This document shows, in pieces, positions 35,181 to 45,552 of a DNA stretch of 64,000 nucleotides. The stretch spans positions 672,001 to 736,000 of the forward strand of contig OZ257142.1 of the NCBI GenBank assembly GCA_965279035.1, in the 5' to 3' direction. The position numbers were made by a program, and so were the translations under genes. The notes under the pieces are model-generated. The model had not been told where the DNA came from. It saw nothing but the letters and a program-made list of their open reading frames with translations, and ran no database searches. This DNA is from Bacteroidia bacterium. Lineage in GTDB: Bacteria; Bacteroidota; Bacteroidia; M30B66. Every line of letters starts with the position of its first letter. The stretch's first letter is position 1.

Positions 35181-36911
35181 ATGACAAATAATTCGATAGC
35201 TAAACGCTGGATAATTAAACCGAATGGAGATGCAGAATTGGTTACTCAATTAGCAGAGCAGCTTGGTATTGAATTTCAATTAGCGAATATGTTGGTTCAG
35301 CGTGGTGTGAAAACGTTTGAGGAGGCGCGTAGTTTTTTTCGACCATCGTTGAGCGATTTGCATGATCCGTATTTGATGAAGGACATGAATAAAGCGGTTG
35401 ATCGGATTTTACTGGCTTTGGAATCGGATGAAACCATAATGATTTATGGAGATTACGATGTAGATGGAACGACTTCGGTGGCGCTGATGTACTCGTTTTT
35501 CAGAGAATTATGTCCGGAACGACTGCAGTTTTACATTCCCGATCGATATGCCGAAGGTTATGGAATTTCGTTTCGAGGTATTGATGTGGCAGAGGAGTTA
35601 AGTTGCACCTTAATTATCGCACTCGATTGCGGAATTCGTTCGGTTGATAAGGTGGATTATGCTACAAATAAAGGGATCGACTTTATTATTTGCGACCATC
35701 ACCTACCCGGATTGGAATTGCCCAAAGCCGCAGCAGTGCTCGATCCTAAGCAAAGTGATTGTGCCTATCCGTATAAAGAATTATGTGGTTGTGGAATTGG
35801 GTTTAAGCTGATTCAAGCCTTGAAGAAAGTGTTACCACATGCTGGCGATACCGATCATTGGCTCGATTTAGTGGCGACTGCCATTGCCGCCGACATAGTT
35901 CCGATAACGGGCGAAAACCGCATTCTGGCTTATTTTGGAATGTTACAAATTAATACCAAACCTCGTCCGGGAATTCGCATGTTATTACGTAGTGGAAATG
36001 ACGGAGCTAATTCAAATCCAACAAAGGAGTTTAGCATTTCGGATTTAGTGTTTACCGCTGCTCCACGCATTAATGCAGCCGGTCGGATAGATCATGGGAA
36101 GAAAGCGGTTGAATTGCTTATCACCGAAAATGAATCTACAGCTGAGGAAATTCTGTCGCATATCAACACACAAAACGTGAAACGTAAAGATTTGGATCAA
36201 CTCATGACTTCGGAAGCGCTTGCCATACTTGATTCGAACGAATTATATCGGGATGTTAAAAGCACCGTGCTTTTCAAAAATGATTGGCACAAAGGCGTCG
36301 TAGGAATTGTGGCTTCTCGGGTGATGGAAAAATATTATCGTCCAACCATTATTCTCACCGAATCGAATGGGAAAGCCACCGGAAGTGCTCGTTCGGTTAA
36401 AGGTTTTGATGTGCATGAAGCTATTAGTGCTTGTGCCGATTTACTGGAACAGTTTGGCGGACATAAATATGCTGCCGGAATGACACTCCCGCTCGAGAAT
36501 GTGGAAGCATTTCGACAACGATTCGAAGCTATAGTAGCTGATACCATTCAAGAAGAATCATTAATTCCCGAAGTGGATATTGATATGGAACTGGAGTTAA
36601 CGGATATCACGCCGAAGTTTTACCGAATCATGAAGCAATTTGCTCCATTTGGTCCGGGAAATATGTCGCCCGTTTTCTTGACCAAACATTTGCAAGATGA
36701 TGGATATGCCCGCATTGTAGGAACACATCATTTGAAATTGAAATTAGGCAAACCTGGGCAGCCATTTTTTGATGCTATTGCATTCGGAATGGCACACATG
36801 CAACCAGCAATTTCAAAGGGAATTCCAGTCGATGTGTGTTATACGTTGGAAGAGAACCATTGGAATGGTAAAGTGAATTTGCAGTGGATGGTGAAAGATA
36901 TGAGGTGCTAA
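35181..36911 (+). CDS. recJ: single-stranded-DNA-specific exonuclease
   Basis: YGDYDVDG, R..EGYG, DHH, PRINAAGR, GSARS, FGGH..AAG, PFGPGN..P.F. Confidence 0.95.
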   Translation: MTNNSIAKRWIIKPNGDAELVTQLAEQLGIEFQLANMLVQRGVKTFEEARSFFRPSLSDLHDPYLMKDMNKAVDRILLALESDETIMIYGDYDVDGTTSVALMYSFFRELCPERLQFYIPDRYAEGYGISFRGIDVAEELSCTLIIALDCGIRSVDKVDYATNKGIDFIICDHHLPGLELPKAAAVLDPKQSDCAYPYKELCGCGIGFKLIQALKKVLPHAGDTDHWLDLVATAIAADIVPITGENRILAYFGMLQINTKPRPGIRMLLRSGNDGANSNPTKEFSISDLVFTAAPRINAAGRIDHGKKAVELLITENESTAEEILSHINTQNVKRKDLDQLMTSEALAILDSNELYRDVKSTVLFKNDWHKGVVGIVASRVMEKYYRPTIILTESNGKATGSARSVKGFDVHEAISACADLLEQFGGHKYAAGMTLPLENVEAFRQRFEAIVADTIQEESLIPEVDIDMELELTDITPKFYRIMKQFAPFGPGNMSPVFLTKHLQDDGYARIVGTHHLKLKLGKPGQPFFDAIAFGMAHMQPAISKGIPVDVCYTLEENHWNGKVNLQWMVKDMRC

Positions 36912-36915
36912 AACG

Positions 36916-36943
36916 AAAAAGCCCCAACCGAAGTTGAGGCTTT
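36916..36943. terminator. bidirectional terminator between recJ and icd
   Basis: AAAAAGCCCCAAC-CGAA-GTTGAGGCTTT between convergent genes. Confidence 0.7.
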
Positions 36944-36967
36944 AGGTTTTGCTGAATCGGGATTAAA

Positions 36968-38194
36968 TTAAGCTCCCAAACGCGATTTTAATTCTTGATT
37001 CAAAGCTTCTAAGAAGTCTTCTGTGTACAAGAATTGATCATCGCTTACTTTGTTTCCGTAAATACAAACTGCCAAGTCTTTGGTCATTTTGCCGCTTTCA
37101 ACTACATCTACACACACTTTTTCTAGTGTTTGGCAGAAGTTGATTAGCGCTTCGTTGTTATCTAAACGTCCACGATGCTCCAAACCACGTGTCCAAGCAA
37201 AGATGCTGGCAATTGGATTGGTGCTGGTTTTTTTGCCTTGTTGATGCATGCGGTAGTGACGAGTAACAGTACCGTGAGCCGCTTCAGCTTCCATGGTTTT
37301 TCCATCTGGAGTAACCAAAACTGAAGTCATCAAACCTAATGAACCAAAACCTTGAGCAACAGTGTCGCTTTGTACATCACCATCGTAGTTTTTACAAGCC
37401 CAAACAAAATTTCCGTTCCATTTCAAAGCTGATGCAACCATGTCATCAATGAGACGGTGCTCATAGGTAATACCTGCAGCATCCATTGTTGCCTTGAACT
37501 CAGCTTGATATATTTCTTCGAAAATATCTTTGAAACGACCATCGTATTTTTTCAAGATGGTGTTTTTAGTACTCAAGTACAATGGCCATCCTTTGCTGAT
37601 TGCCTGATTGAAACAAGCACGAGCAAATCCACGAATCGATTCATCGGTATTGTACATTGCTAATGCAACGCCATCACCTTTGAAGTTGTAAACTTCATGC
37701 TCGATTACTTGTCCGTCTTCCCCTTCAAACTTGATAGTCAGCTTTCCTTTTCCTTTAGTTAAGAAATCGGTAGCACGATATTGATCACCAAATGCATGAC
37801 GACCAATGCAAATTGGAGCCGTCCAGTTTGGAACCAAACGAGGAACGTTTTTACATACAATCGGCTCACGGAATACTGTTCCATCAAGGATGTTACGAAT
37901 AGTACCGTTCGGGCTTTTCCACATTTGTTTCAAGCCAAATTCTTTCACGCGCTCTTCATCAGGAGTGATGGTGGCGCACTTGATACCAACATTGTATTTC
38001 TTAATCGCTTCAGCAGCATCAATGGTTACCTGATCATTTGTTTCATCGCGGTGTTCCATCCCCAAATCGTAGTATTTAATATCTAGATCTAGGTAAGGAA
38101 GAATGAGTTTATCCTTGATGAAATGCCAAATGATGCGGGTCATTTCATCTCCGTCGAGTTCAACGACCGGATTTGCGACTTTAATCTTATTCAT
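36968..38194 (-). CDS. icd: NADP-dependent isocitrate dehydrogenase (homodimeric, IDH1-like)
   Basis: [54 protein letters not shown]; start at ATG 38194. Confidence 0.96.
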   Translation of the reverse strand: MNKIKVANPVVELDGDEMTRIIWHFIKDKLILPYLDLDIKYYDLGMEHRDETNDQVTIDAAEAIKKYNVGIKCATITPDEERVKEFGLKQMWKSPNGTIRNILDGTVFREPIVCKNVPRLVPNWTAPICIGRHAFGDQYRATDFLTKGKGKLTIKFEGEDGQVIEHEVYNFKGDGVALAMYNTDESIRGFARACFNQAISKGWPLYLSTKNTILKKYDGRFKDIFEEIYQAEFKATMDAAGITYEHRLIDDMVASALKWNGNFVWACKNYDGDVQSDTVAQGFGSLGLMTSVLVTPDGKTMEAEAAHGTVTRHYRMHQQGKKTSTNPIASIFAWTRGLEHRGRLDNNEALINFCQTLEKVCVDVVESGKMTKDLAVCIYGNKVSDDQFLYTEDFLEALNQELKSRLGA

Positions 38195-38424
38195 GATGTG
38201 AAAATGAGACGTATAATGGAAAATGAGGGATTCATTTCCGGGTGGCAAAGGACGTTAACTGTGGGCATTTCCGCAAGGGGGATTTGGAAAATATTCTTGA
38301 GTGTTTTAACCATACACTGAAGTACATGGTTGCGATTGAAGTACAGAATAATCCAAAATGTTAACATAAAAAATGCAGTTACCGCTATGGAATTGATGTA
38401 TTTTGCAGCCCGAAACCCAATCGT

Positions 38425-39216
38425 ATGCACATTTCGTTTTCAAAAGGTGAGATTCGTTACAAAGCCGAAGGGCAAGGTCCAGCCATTGTCTTTTTACATG
38501 GACATATGGAAAGTGCGAAAATTTGGAAAAAATATGCTTCTGAATTAAGCAACCGGTTTCGGACCATTCGCATTGATCTTCCTGGACATGGAAAGTCATC
38601 GGTGTTTGATGAAGTTCATACGATGGAGTTTATGGCTGATGCAGTTCGTGCGGTGTTTGAAGCAGAGAAGATTGATAAGGCATTATTAGTTGGACATTCA
38701 ATGGGCGGCTATGTAGCTTTAGCTTTTGCAGAAACACATCCAGATAAAGTTCGTGGATTGGTCATGTTTAGTTCCATTTCTTTTGCAGATACCAAAGAAC
38801 GTCAGAACGAACGCGACCGAACAGTGAAAGCAGCCGATGCGCATAAGATGAAGTACATTACTTCCGTAATTCCAAACTTGTTTTTCGAACGCAGTGGTGC
38901 GAAAGCCAGCAAACGAATTTTCAAGCTAATAAAGCTAGCAGCCAAACAACCGAAAGAAGGTATTATCGCCGCCATTCGTGGCATGCGCGACCGAGCCGAC
39001 CGAACCAAAATCCTCAAAAACGCCAAGTTTCCAATATTATTCCTTGCCGGCCACGATGACTTGCTCATTCCCCTAGAGCGCATCGAAGAAATGCATCGCC
39101 AAGTTCCTCAAGCCAAATTAGTGGTGGTAGAACAATGTGGCCACGCCGGATTTATTGAGCAGGAAAAAGAATGCTATACAGCGATTAAGGAGTTTGCAGT
39201 AGAGAAGATTCTCTAA
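38425..39216 (+). CDS. alpha/beta fold hydrolase
   Basis: FLHG, IDLPGHG.S, GHSMGG nucleophile elbow, G.DD, GH. Confidence 0.9.
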   Translation: MHISFSKGEIRYKAEGQGPAIVFLHGHMESAKIWKKYASELSNRFRTIRIDLPGHGKSSVFDEVHTMEFMADAVRAVFEAEKIDKALLVGHSMGGYVALAFAETHPDKVRGLVMFSSISFADTKERQNERDRTVKAADAHKMKYITSVIPNLFFERSGAKASKRIFKLIKLAAKQPKEGIIAAIRGMRDRADRTKILKNAKFPILFLAGHDDLLIPLERIEEMHRQVPQAKLVVVEQCGHAGFIEQEKECYTAIKEFAVEKIL

Positions 39217-39220
39217 TGAG

Positions 39221-39262
39221 CAAACTAACCAGCACATCAGCACACTAGCACATCAGCACACC
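39221..39262. repeat. 8-bp tandem repeat
   Basis: AGCACATC-AGCACACT-AGCACATC-AGCACACC (39231-39262) preceded by a degenerate unit, between two convergent stops. Confidence 0.75.
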
Positions 39263-39264
39263 AA

Positions 39265-40305
39265 TTACTGAAAACTATTCCAACCTTGTGCTTTGAGCTC
39301 GTGAACACCGCCGCTTTTATCGATCATGCGAATTCCTTCGTCGGCGTCGGTCATGTGGCCAATGATGCTGACTAGCATGTTGCCTTTTACTTTTTCGAAA
39401 TCTTCTTGTTTGATGGTGAACAGTAGTTCGTAATCCTCACCTCCGCTTAAAGCACAAACAGTTGGGTCGAGCGCAAACTCACGGGCCATGTTGTAGGTTG
39501 TTGGGTCGATGGGAATTTTCTCCTCATAAAGAGCACAACCAACACCGCTGTTCTTACATAAATGCATGATTTCGGAACTCAAACCATCCGAAACATCAAT
39601 CATCGATGTCGGCGTAACTCCCATTTCTGCAAGTAATTCAACCACATCACGGCGAGCTTCAGGTTTCAATTGTCGTTCAAGGATATAATCGTTTCCTTCC
39701 AAATCGGGTTGCGCATCGGGATGATCCATGAACACCGATTTCTCACGTTCGAGTAATTGCAATCCAACATAAGCTCCACCTAAATCGCCCGAAACAACAA
39801 GCAAATCACCTTTTTTTGCACCGTCGCGGCCAATGGCTTTTCCTTTTTCTACGCTGCCTAAAACGGTTAAACTTAGCACCAAACCTGCACGGGAGGAAGT
39901 TGTATCTCCACCAACTAAATCCACTCCGTAGTTTTTGCAAGCCATGGCAATGCCTTCATACAACTGCTCCAAGGCTTCAACCGGGAAACGATTCGAGCAA
40001 GCCAATCCAATGGTTAACTGCTCCGGTTTTCCGTTCATAGCATAGATGTCGGAAAAGTTCACCACGGCAGCTTTGTAGCCTAAATGCTTGATGGGCATGT
40101 AAGTCAAGTCGAAATGAATGCCTTCGAGCAACATATCGGTTGATACCAAAACATCCCGATCGCCATAATTCATCACAGCAGCATCGTCTCCAATGCCTTT
40201 TTTGCTGCTTTCGTTTTGAATTTCGAAGCCTTTTGTGAGTTGGTCAATGAGTCCGAATTCTCCTAAAGTTTCGAGTTCGGTTTTATTTGCAGGTTGTTGA
40301 AGCAT
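39265..40305 (-). CDS. thiL: thiamine-monophosphate kinase
   Basis: GEFGLI, GIGDDAA, TDMLLEG.HF, N.SDIYAM, GGDT, IDVSDGL, GGEDYELLFT. Confidence 0.95.
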   Translation of the reverse strand: MLQQPANKTELETLGEFGLIDQLTKGFEIQNESSKKGIGDDAAVMNYGDRDVLVSTDMLLEGIHFDLTYMPIKHLGYKAAVVNFSDIYAMNGKPEQLTIGLACSNRFPVEALEQLYEGIAMACKNYGVDLVGGDTTSSRAGLVLSLTVLGSVEKGKAIGRDGAKKGDLLVVSGDLGGAYVGLQLLEREKSVFMDHPDAQPDLEGNDYILERQLKPEARRDVVELLAEMGVTPTSMIDVSDGLSSEIMHLCKNSGVGCALYEEKIPIDPTTYNMAREFALDPTVCALSGGEDYELLFTIKQEDFEKVKGNMLVSIIGHMTDADEGIRMIDKSGGVHELKAQGWNSFQ

Positions 40306-40307
40306 AA

Positions 40308-41309
40308 TCAAGCAGGGATTTCGGTAGGGAGATTTCCCATTACCGTTTCAATTTCATCGAGCACCGCCTGAACTTCAGGGTAGGTGGGCAATGTAACAAG
40401 TCGCATTCGGTATTCTTTAAAATGTGGAATGCCTTTGAAGTAATTTGTATAATGACGACGCATCTCAATAATCCCCAAAACAGGACCTTTCCACTCAATG
40501 GAAGCATCGAGGTGTGTACGACATACTTTTACACGATCCGCAATAGTGGGTGCTGCTAAATGCTCACCCGTGCGCATGAAATGTTTGATTTCATTGAAAA
40601 TCCAGGGATATCCAATGCTAGCTCGACCTATCATCACACCATCTACACCGTATTGATTTCGCATCTCAATGGCTTTCTCAGGAGAATCCACATCGCCATT
40701 TCCAAAAATGGGAATCTGTATGCGTGGATTGTTTTTTACTTCTCCAATGAGTTGCCAATCAGCTGGTCCTTTATACAATTGCGCTCGTGTTCTACCATGA
40801 ATGGTAAGCGCTTGAATGCCGATGTCTTGAAGTCGTTCGGCCACTTCCATAATATTCTTGGTCGTATCGTCCCAACCCAAACGGGTTTTCACGGTAACCG
40901 GAAGCGTGGTGCATTTGACAATCTCACTCGTCATCGACACCATTTTAGGAATGTTTTGCAGTAAAGCAGCACCAGCGCCTTTGCAGGCAACATTCTTCAC
41001 CGGGCAACCATAATTGATATCAATCAAATCGGGTTCGGCTGCTGCGGCAATCTCAGCTGCTTCACGCATCGAATCGATATCGCTGCCAAAGAGTTGAATT
41101 CCAATGGGGCGTTCGTATTCGAAAATATCGAGTTTCTTTTTGCTTTTTACCGCATCACGAATAAGTCCTTCCGAAGAAATAAATTCGGTGTACATCATAT
41201 CGGCACCGTATTGCTTGCAAACCAAACGAAATGGTGGATCACTCACATCTTCCATTGGTGCTAACAACAACGGAAACTCACCCAGCTCAATTGTACCTAT
41301 TCTAGCCAT
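40308..41309 (-). CDS. dusB: tRNA-dihydrouridine synthase
   Basis: LAPMEDVSD, DINYGCP, VTVKTRLGW, HGRT, GNGD, GVMIGR...PWIF. Confidence 0.92.
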   Translation of the reverse strand: MARIGTIELGEFPLLLAPMEDVSDPPFRLVCKQYGADMMYTEFISSEGLIRDAVKSKKKLDIFEYERPIGIQLFGSDIDSMREAAEIAAAAEPDLIDINYGCPVKNVACKGAGAALLQNIPKMVSMTSEIVKCTTLPVTVKTRLGWDDTTKNIMEVAERLQDIGIQALTIHGRTRAQLYKGPADWQLIGEVKNNPRIQIPIFGNGDVDSPEKAIEMRNQYGVDGVMIGRASIGYPWIFNEIKHFMRTGEHLAAPTIADRVKVCRTHLDASIEWKGPVLGIIEMRRHYTNYFKGIPHFKEYRMRLVTLPTYPEVQAVLDEIETVMGNLPTEIPA

Positions 41310-41463
41310 GTTCTTTCAGCCGGCAAAAATAGGCATAAATCCCGCTCTTTCAGCTAGTCTGATTCAATTGCCATTTTGAATCATCCATTTTTCCAAAATT
41401 CCCATACAACACGTACAATTTTATACTTTCACCCAATCATTCCAACCCAACTCGAAATTTCGA

Positions 41464-42417
41464 ATGCCGCGTAATCGCTTTCAATTATATCCTCCCGCTT
41501 TACAAGATGCTGGTCCAACTCGGCGATTTATTTGGCTTTTGATTCTTTGCCTGATTGGAATCTCACTCGCTTCATTCATTTCTGTCGCTATTGGCAGTTT
41601 GGTTTTTGGTTTTTCTGCCACCGAACTAGCAGGGTTAGCAAGCAATCCCAATCAACCGGGTGCATTAAGCGTGTTGAAAATTAGTCAGCTGTTATCTTCA
41701 TGTGGAATATTCCTGTTTCCTCCAGTCATGCTCGTGTATTTGCAGGAAGTTCCCATTCGAAGAGGATTGTATTTATCGGGCAAACCAAACATGATTCTAT
41801 TCATATTGGCGATGCTGCTAATGTGGCTGCAACTGCCTATTATCAACCTATTAGCAGCCTTCAATAATCTACTTGTATTTCCAGAATTTCTAAAATCGTT
41901 AGGAGATTGGATGATGGCTCAAGAGATTCAAGCAGCTAAATTGACTGAGCTGTTTTTAACCATGTCGAGCCCGGTCGATTTTATTAGTTCCTTGCTCATC
42001 ATGGCATTGATTCCCGCTTTGGGAGAAGAGTTTTTATTTCGAGCTACGCTGCAGCCGATGTTTGTCAAGTGGACCGGAAAACCTCATCTCGCCATTTGGA
42101 TTACGGCTTTCGTTTTTAGTTTTATTCACTTTCAATTCTTTGGATTTCTTCCTCGTTTTCTGATAGGTGGATTTTTAGGATATCTCTTTTATTGGTCAGG
42201 TTCAATTTGGTATCCTTTTGCAGCACACTTTGCTAATAATGGCTTAGCTGTGTTTGTGTATTTCTTGCATCAACATAAGTTTATTCCATTCACTACCGAT
42301 AATTTGGGAGCAGGCGATTTTGCATACCTTCATGTCTTAATCGCTATTCTTATTCTTCCCTTTGGATTGTGGTTTTTTAAGCGCAAAAGCGATTCGGTAA
42401 AAAGTCAAACTGAATAA
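41464..42417 (+). CDS. CPBP family intramembrane metalloprotease (CAAX protease-like)
   Basis: EEFLFR, FS.IH, AHF.NN motifs; multiple TM segments. Confidence 0.9.
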   Translation: MPRNRFQLYPPALQDAGPTRRFIWLLILCLIGISLASFISVAIGSLVFGFSATELAGLASNPNQPGALSVLKISQLLSSCGIFLFPPVMLVYLQEVPIRRGLYLSGKPNMILFILAMLLMWLQLPIINLLAAFNNLLVFPEFLKSLGDWMMAQEIQAAKLTELFLTMSSPVDFISSLLIMALIPALGEEFLFRATLQPMFVKWTGKPHLAIWITAFVFSFIHFQFFGFLPRFLIGGFLGYLFYWSGSIWYPFAAHFANNGLAVFVYFLHQHKFIPFTTDNLGAGDFAYLHVLIAILILPFGLWFFKRKSDSVKSQTE

Positions 42418-43626
42418 ATGGGCACTAATTACATCGCACTTTCGGTTCCGGTCTTTTTTGTGTTGATTGGATTAGAGCTAGCTTGGTCGGCTTGGAAAGG
42501 ATTGAAGCTCTATAGTTTAAGCGATGCGATTTCCAATATTAGTTGTGGAATTGGACAGCAATTAACTGGAATCTTTTTCAAAACAGCCTTGTTCTTTTTC
42601 TACTACTGGCTTTTCAATCATGTTCGGGTTTATACTATTCCTCAAACCGGAATGTGGTGGGTGATTTTATTTGTCGCGGTCGATTTTTGCTACTACTGGT
42701 TTCATCGGTTAAGTCATGAGATAAATGCTATTTGGGCAACTCATATCGTTCATCACCAAAGTGAAGAATACAATTTAACGGTTGCTTTAAGACAATCTTG
42801 GTTTCAAGGTTTTTTCTCTTCGCTATTCTATCTGCCGCTTGCTATAATTGGGTTTGATCCATTAATGACCATCACAGTTATTGCTTTCAACACCTTGTAT
42901 CAATTCTGGATTCACACCGAGCTAATCCGAAACATGGGTTGGTTCGAATATATTTTCAACACACCATCTCATCATCGCGTACATCATGGAAGCAATCCCG
43001 AATACATTGATAAAAACCACGCAGGTACGCTCATCATTTGGGATCGACTATTCGGAACCTTCGAACCCGAAAAAGCACCAGTTGTATACGGAATCACAAC
43101 ACCATTGCAGAGCTGGGATCCTTTCAAAGCAAACTTTCATTATTGGTCCGATTTGATTCAAATTGCTAAACGGAGTCATCGTTTTAGCGATAAATTGTTC
43201 GTATTCGTTGCTCCACCCGGTTGGAAACCAAAAGAATTAGGTGGGCGAGAATATGCTAAACCGGTAAGTCGAAACCTGTTTCACAAATTTCAGGTGCTCA
43301 TTCCTAATAAGTTGTCGGTGTATGTATTAGTTCAATTTGCTGTGGTATTAGGAGCATCGTCGTTTATGCTATTTCAATCGGTCAATTTTAACATCATTGA
43401 CTTGCTTTTACCTATTTCCATTTTGCTTTTTTCATTACTCAGTTTCGGGCGTTTGTTAGAAGCTCAATCCTATGCCCGTATAATCGAAATAATACGATTG
43501 TTAATTCTCCCCGTTGGAGTTTTAGCTTTGGGATTTCCACCTCTGGCCATCGGAATTGCTGGAGTTTTTAGTCTATTATCGGGTGTGATTATCTATTCGA
43601 TTTTATCACCTAATCGACGTGTTTAA
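42418..43626 (+). CDS. sterol desaturase/fatty acid hydroxylase family, alkylglycerol monooxygenase-like
   Basis: YYWFHRLSH, H.VHHQSEEYNL..ALRQ, QFWIHT, TPSHHRVHH...YIDKN; hydrophobic C-terminal extension. Confidence 0.85.
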   Translation: MGTNYIALSVPVFFVLIGLELAWSAWKGLKLYSLSDAISNISCGIGQQLTGIFFKTALFFFYYWLFNHVRVYTIPQTGMWWVILFVAVDFCYYWFHRLSHEINAIWATHIVHHQSEEYNLTVALRQSWFQGFFSSLFYLPLAIIGFDPLMTITVIAFNTLYQFWIHTELIRNMGWFEYIFNTPSHHRVHHGSNPEYIDKNHAGTLIIWDRLFGTFEPEKAPVVYGITTPLQSWDPFKANFHYWSDLIQIAKRSHRFSDKLFVFVAPPGWKPKELGGREYAKPVSRNLFHKFQVLIPNKLSVYVLVQFAVVLGASSFMLFQSVNFNIIDLLLPISILLFSLLSFGRLLEAQSYARIIEIIRLLILPVGVLALGFPPLAIGIAGVFSLLSGVIIYSILSPNRRV

Positions 43627-43648
43627 TTCTTTATAAACCCTTGGCAGG

Positions 43649-44239
43649 ATGAGAAAAGTTAAGGCTGCTATCAATATGACGTTGGATGGATTTTGTGATC
43701 ACACAGCCATCAATCCAGACGAAGAAATTCATCAACATTATACCAATCTGTTGAATGAAGGAGATGTAATTCTTTACGGAAGAATAACCTATCAATTGAT
43801 GGAATTCTGGCAGCCCATGGTGAAAAATCCTACAGGTGAAAAATCGATGGATGACTTTGCTCAAGCGATTGACAAAATCTCCAAGCTCGTTTTTTCACAT
43901 ACCTGGAATAAAAGCGAAACAAAAACTCTCAGTTGGGAGAGTGCCAAGTTGGCAAAAGGAACTCTCGAAGAAGCAGTGAATGCTCTCAAGCAGCAATCAG
44001 GAAAGGACATTTTTGTCGGTTGCAGGAGCTTAATTATTCAGCTATTAAAACTGAATTTATTGGATGAATTACAGCTTTGTATTCACCCAGTAATCGTAGG
44101 AAATGGCCTTCCATTATTTGAAAACCTCCATGAGAAGAAAATGCTGAAACTCTCTCATACAAAAGTCTTTGGTTCGGGTGGGTTATTCTTACCTACAAAC
44201 CGGAAAAATAAACACTCAAATTTTAAAGATTTCAGATAA
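43649..44239 (+). CDS. dihydrofolate reductase / RibD C-terminal family protein (probable 1-nt frameshift near the 3' end)
   Basis: MTLDG, GR.TY..M..W, K.VFS, DEL.L.I.P.I.G.G.PLF; the expected VILTYKP tail lies in another frame. Confidence 0.8.
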   Translation: MRKVKAAINMTLDGFCDHTAINPDEEIHQHYTNLLNEGDVILYGRITYQLMEFWQPMVKNPTGEKSMDDFAQAIDKISKLVFSHTWNKSETKTLSWESAKLAKGTLEEAVNALKQQSGKDIFVGCRSLIIQLLKLNLLDELQLCIHPVIVGNGLPLFENLHEKKMLKLSHTKVFGSGGLFLPTNRKNKHSNFKDFR

Positions 44240-44244
44240 TCCTT

Positions 44245-44673
44245 ATGAGCATCGAAGAACAAATCAAGCAGTATATAGAAAGTCAACCAGAACCCAAACG
44301 TAGTGAACTAGCGGCATTGCATCATAGAATGCTTGAGCTAATGCCGCATAGTAAATTGTGGTTTTTGGATGGTAAAAACTCTGAAAACAAAGTAGTTTCT
44401 AATCCCAATATCGGGTATGGAATGATCACGATGAACTACGCTGGTGGAAAAACCAGGGAGTTTTATCAACTAGGATTAAGTGCTAATACTACTGGTATCT
44501 CGGTGTATGTTATGGGCATAGATGATAAAAAGTATCTAGCTCAGCTACTTGGAGATCGGCTTGGAAAGGCTAGTGTGAGTGGATATTGCATCAAGTTCAA
44601 ATCACTGAAAGACATCAACCAAGAAGTATTGGAAGAAACAATTCGACTTGTGGTTAAACAAGGAAAATATTGA
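44245..44673 (+). CDS. DUF1801 (YdhG-like) domain protein
   Basis: NPNIGYG...Y..G...EF...GLS.N..GISVY, LGK....GYCIKFK.L.DIN..L pattern. Confidence 0.8.
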   Translation: MSIEEQIKQYIESQPEPKRSELAALHHRMLELMPHSKLWFLDGKNSENKVVSNPNIGYGMITMNYAGGKTREFYQLGLSANTTGISVYVMGIDDKKYLAQLLGDRLGKASVSGYCIKFKSLKDINQEVLEETIRLVVKQGKY

Positions 44674-44709
44674 TGTGTGAATGATTGATTCAGCTTTCTT
44701 TATTTAGCT

Positions 44710-44785
44710 AGAGCGGAAATGGAAATGCTCAGGAAGAATTCCAGAATGAACGGAACTCTTACCTGAGCATCAACACCATTCTCTC
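44710..44785 (-). terminator. long 3' stem-loop after the small T9SS gene
   Basis: Minus strand ATGCTCAGG-T-AAGAGTTCC...GGAATTCTT-CCTGAGCAT with outer AATGG/CCATT pairing; between convergent genes. Confidence 0.6.
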
Positions 44786-44795
44786 AAAAACGCTT

Positions 44796-45533
44796 TTAGT
44801 TTTTGATAAAACTCAGGCTTGTGTTCTGAGTTTCACTGAGCAGTAAAATGGTGTATAAACCGGGAGATAGGTTTTCAATAGCTACCTTTTCTGTATTACT
44901 CGAAATTGATTTATTGAGAACTACTTTTCCTTGAATATCATAAATCACCAAATGAGTATAATCTGTTATTCCGCTTAATTGAATTTCTTCATTTGCGGGA
45001 TTAGGAAATAGCTGCAAGCCATCCAATTTTTTCAATTCTGAAATACCCAAAACAGTCCCATCATAGTAAAAAGATGTACTTATTGGAACACTACGTATTT
45101 GCTCATTATCTACAAAACTGATAGAAATCTGATGGTTACCGATAGCTATTCCACTCACAGGTAAGCCCAAAGAATAAGCTTCTCCCTGACTAGGAGTTAA
45201 ACTCATGTATTCTTTTGTGCTGTAGTCGTTATCGTACCAATATTCAACGCCTACAATCTCATTATTTCCTTTGACAAACGGACTACTCACCGGTACCGAC
45301 CATCTACCATCGCTACTTTGTGTGTGAAACCAAAATATATGATTGCCTTGACTAAGTGTTCCTGTATTAATAGACGCATTGATATTAACCGTTGTTCCAC
45401 CCGAAATACTCACATTCGTGCGATTGGCATAATCCATATCAAACCAATATTCATAAGCAGTCATGGTTTGAGCAAAACTTCCTATGCTGGCTGCTAGCGC
45501 AACAATTAGGAACATTACTGATTTCGCTTTCAT
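44796..45533 (-). CDS. small T9SS type A CTD protein with two YEYW(F/Y)D repeats
   Basis: Signal peptide SFA-Q; two ~70-aa units (AYEYWFDMDY...G.H.......G..S.P.S..F and GVEYWYDNDY...G.H.......S.P.S..F); CTD LFPNPA...GLY.I...FIKN. Confidence 0.85.
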   Translation of the reverse strand: MKAKSVMFLIVALAASIGSFAQTMTAYEYWFDMDYANRTNVSISGGTTVNINASINTGTLSQGNHIFWFHTQSSDGRWSVPVSSPFVKGNNEIVGVEYWYDNDYSTKEYMSLTPSQGEAYSLGLPVSGIAIGNHQISISFVDNEQIRSVPISTSFYYDGTVLGISELKKLDGLQLFPNPANEEIQLSGITDYTHLVIYDIQGKVVLNKSISSNTEKVAIENLSPGLYTILLLSETQNTSLSFIKN

Positions 45534-45552
45534 AATTTCTATAGCTAAGCGA

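Noticed and set aside
38195-38424. ncRNA or small ORF in the icd-hydrolase intergenic region
   Set aside because: No convincing stem-loop or terminator; explained by divergent promoters (TATTTTTG at about 38399-38406 for the hydrolase).
39221-39262. CRISPR array
   Set aside because: 8-bp units without spacers and no cas genes in the window.
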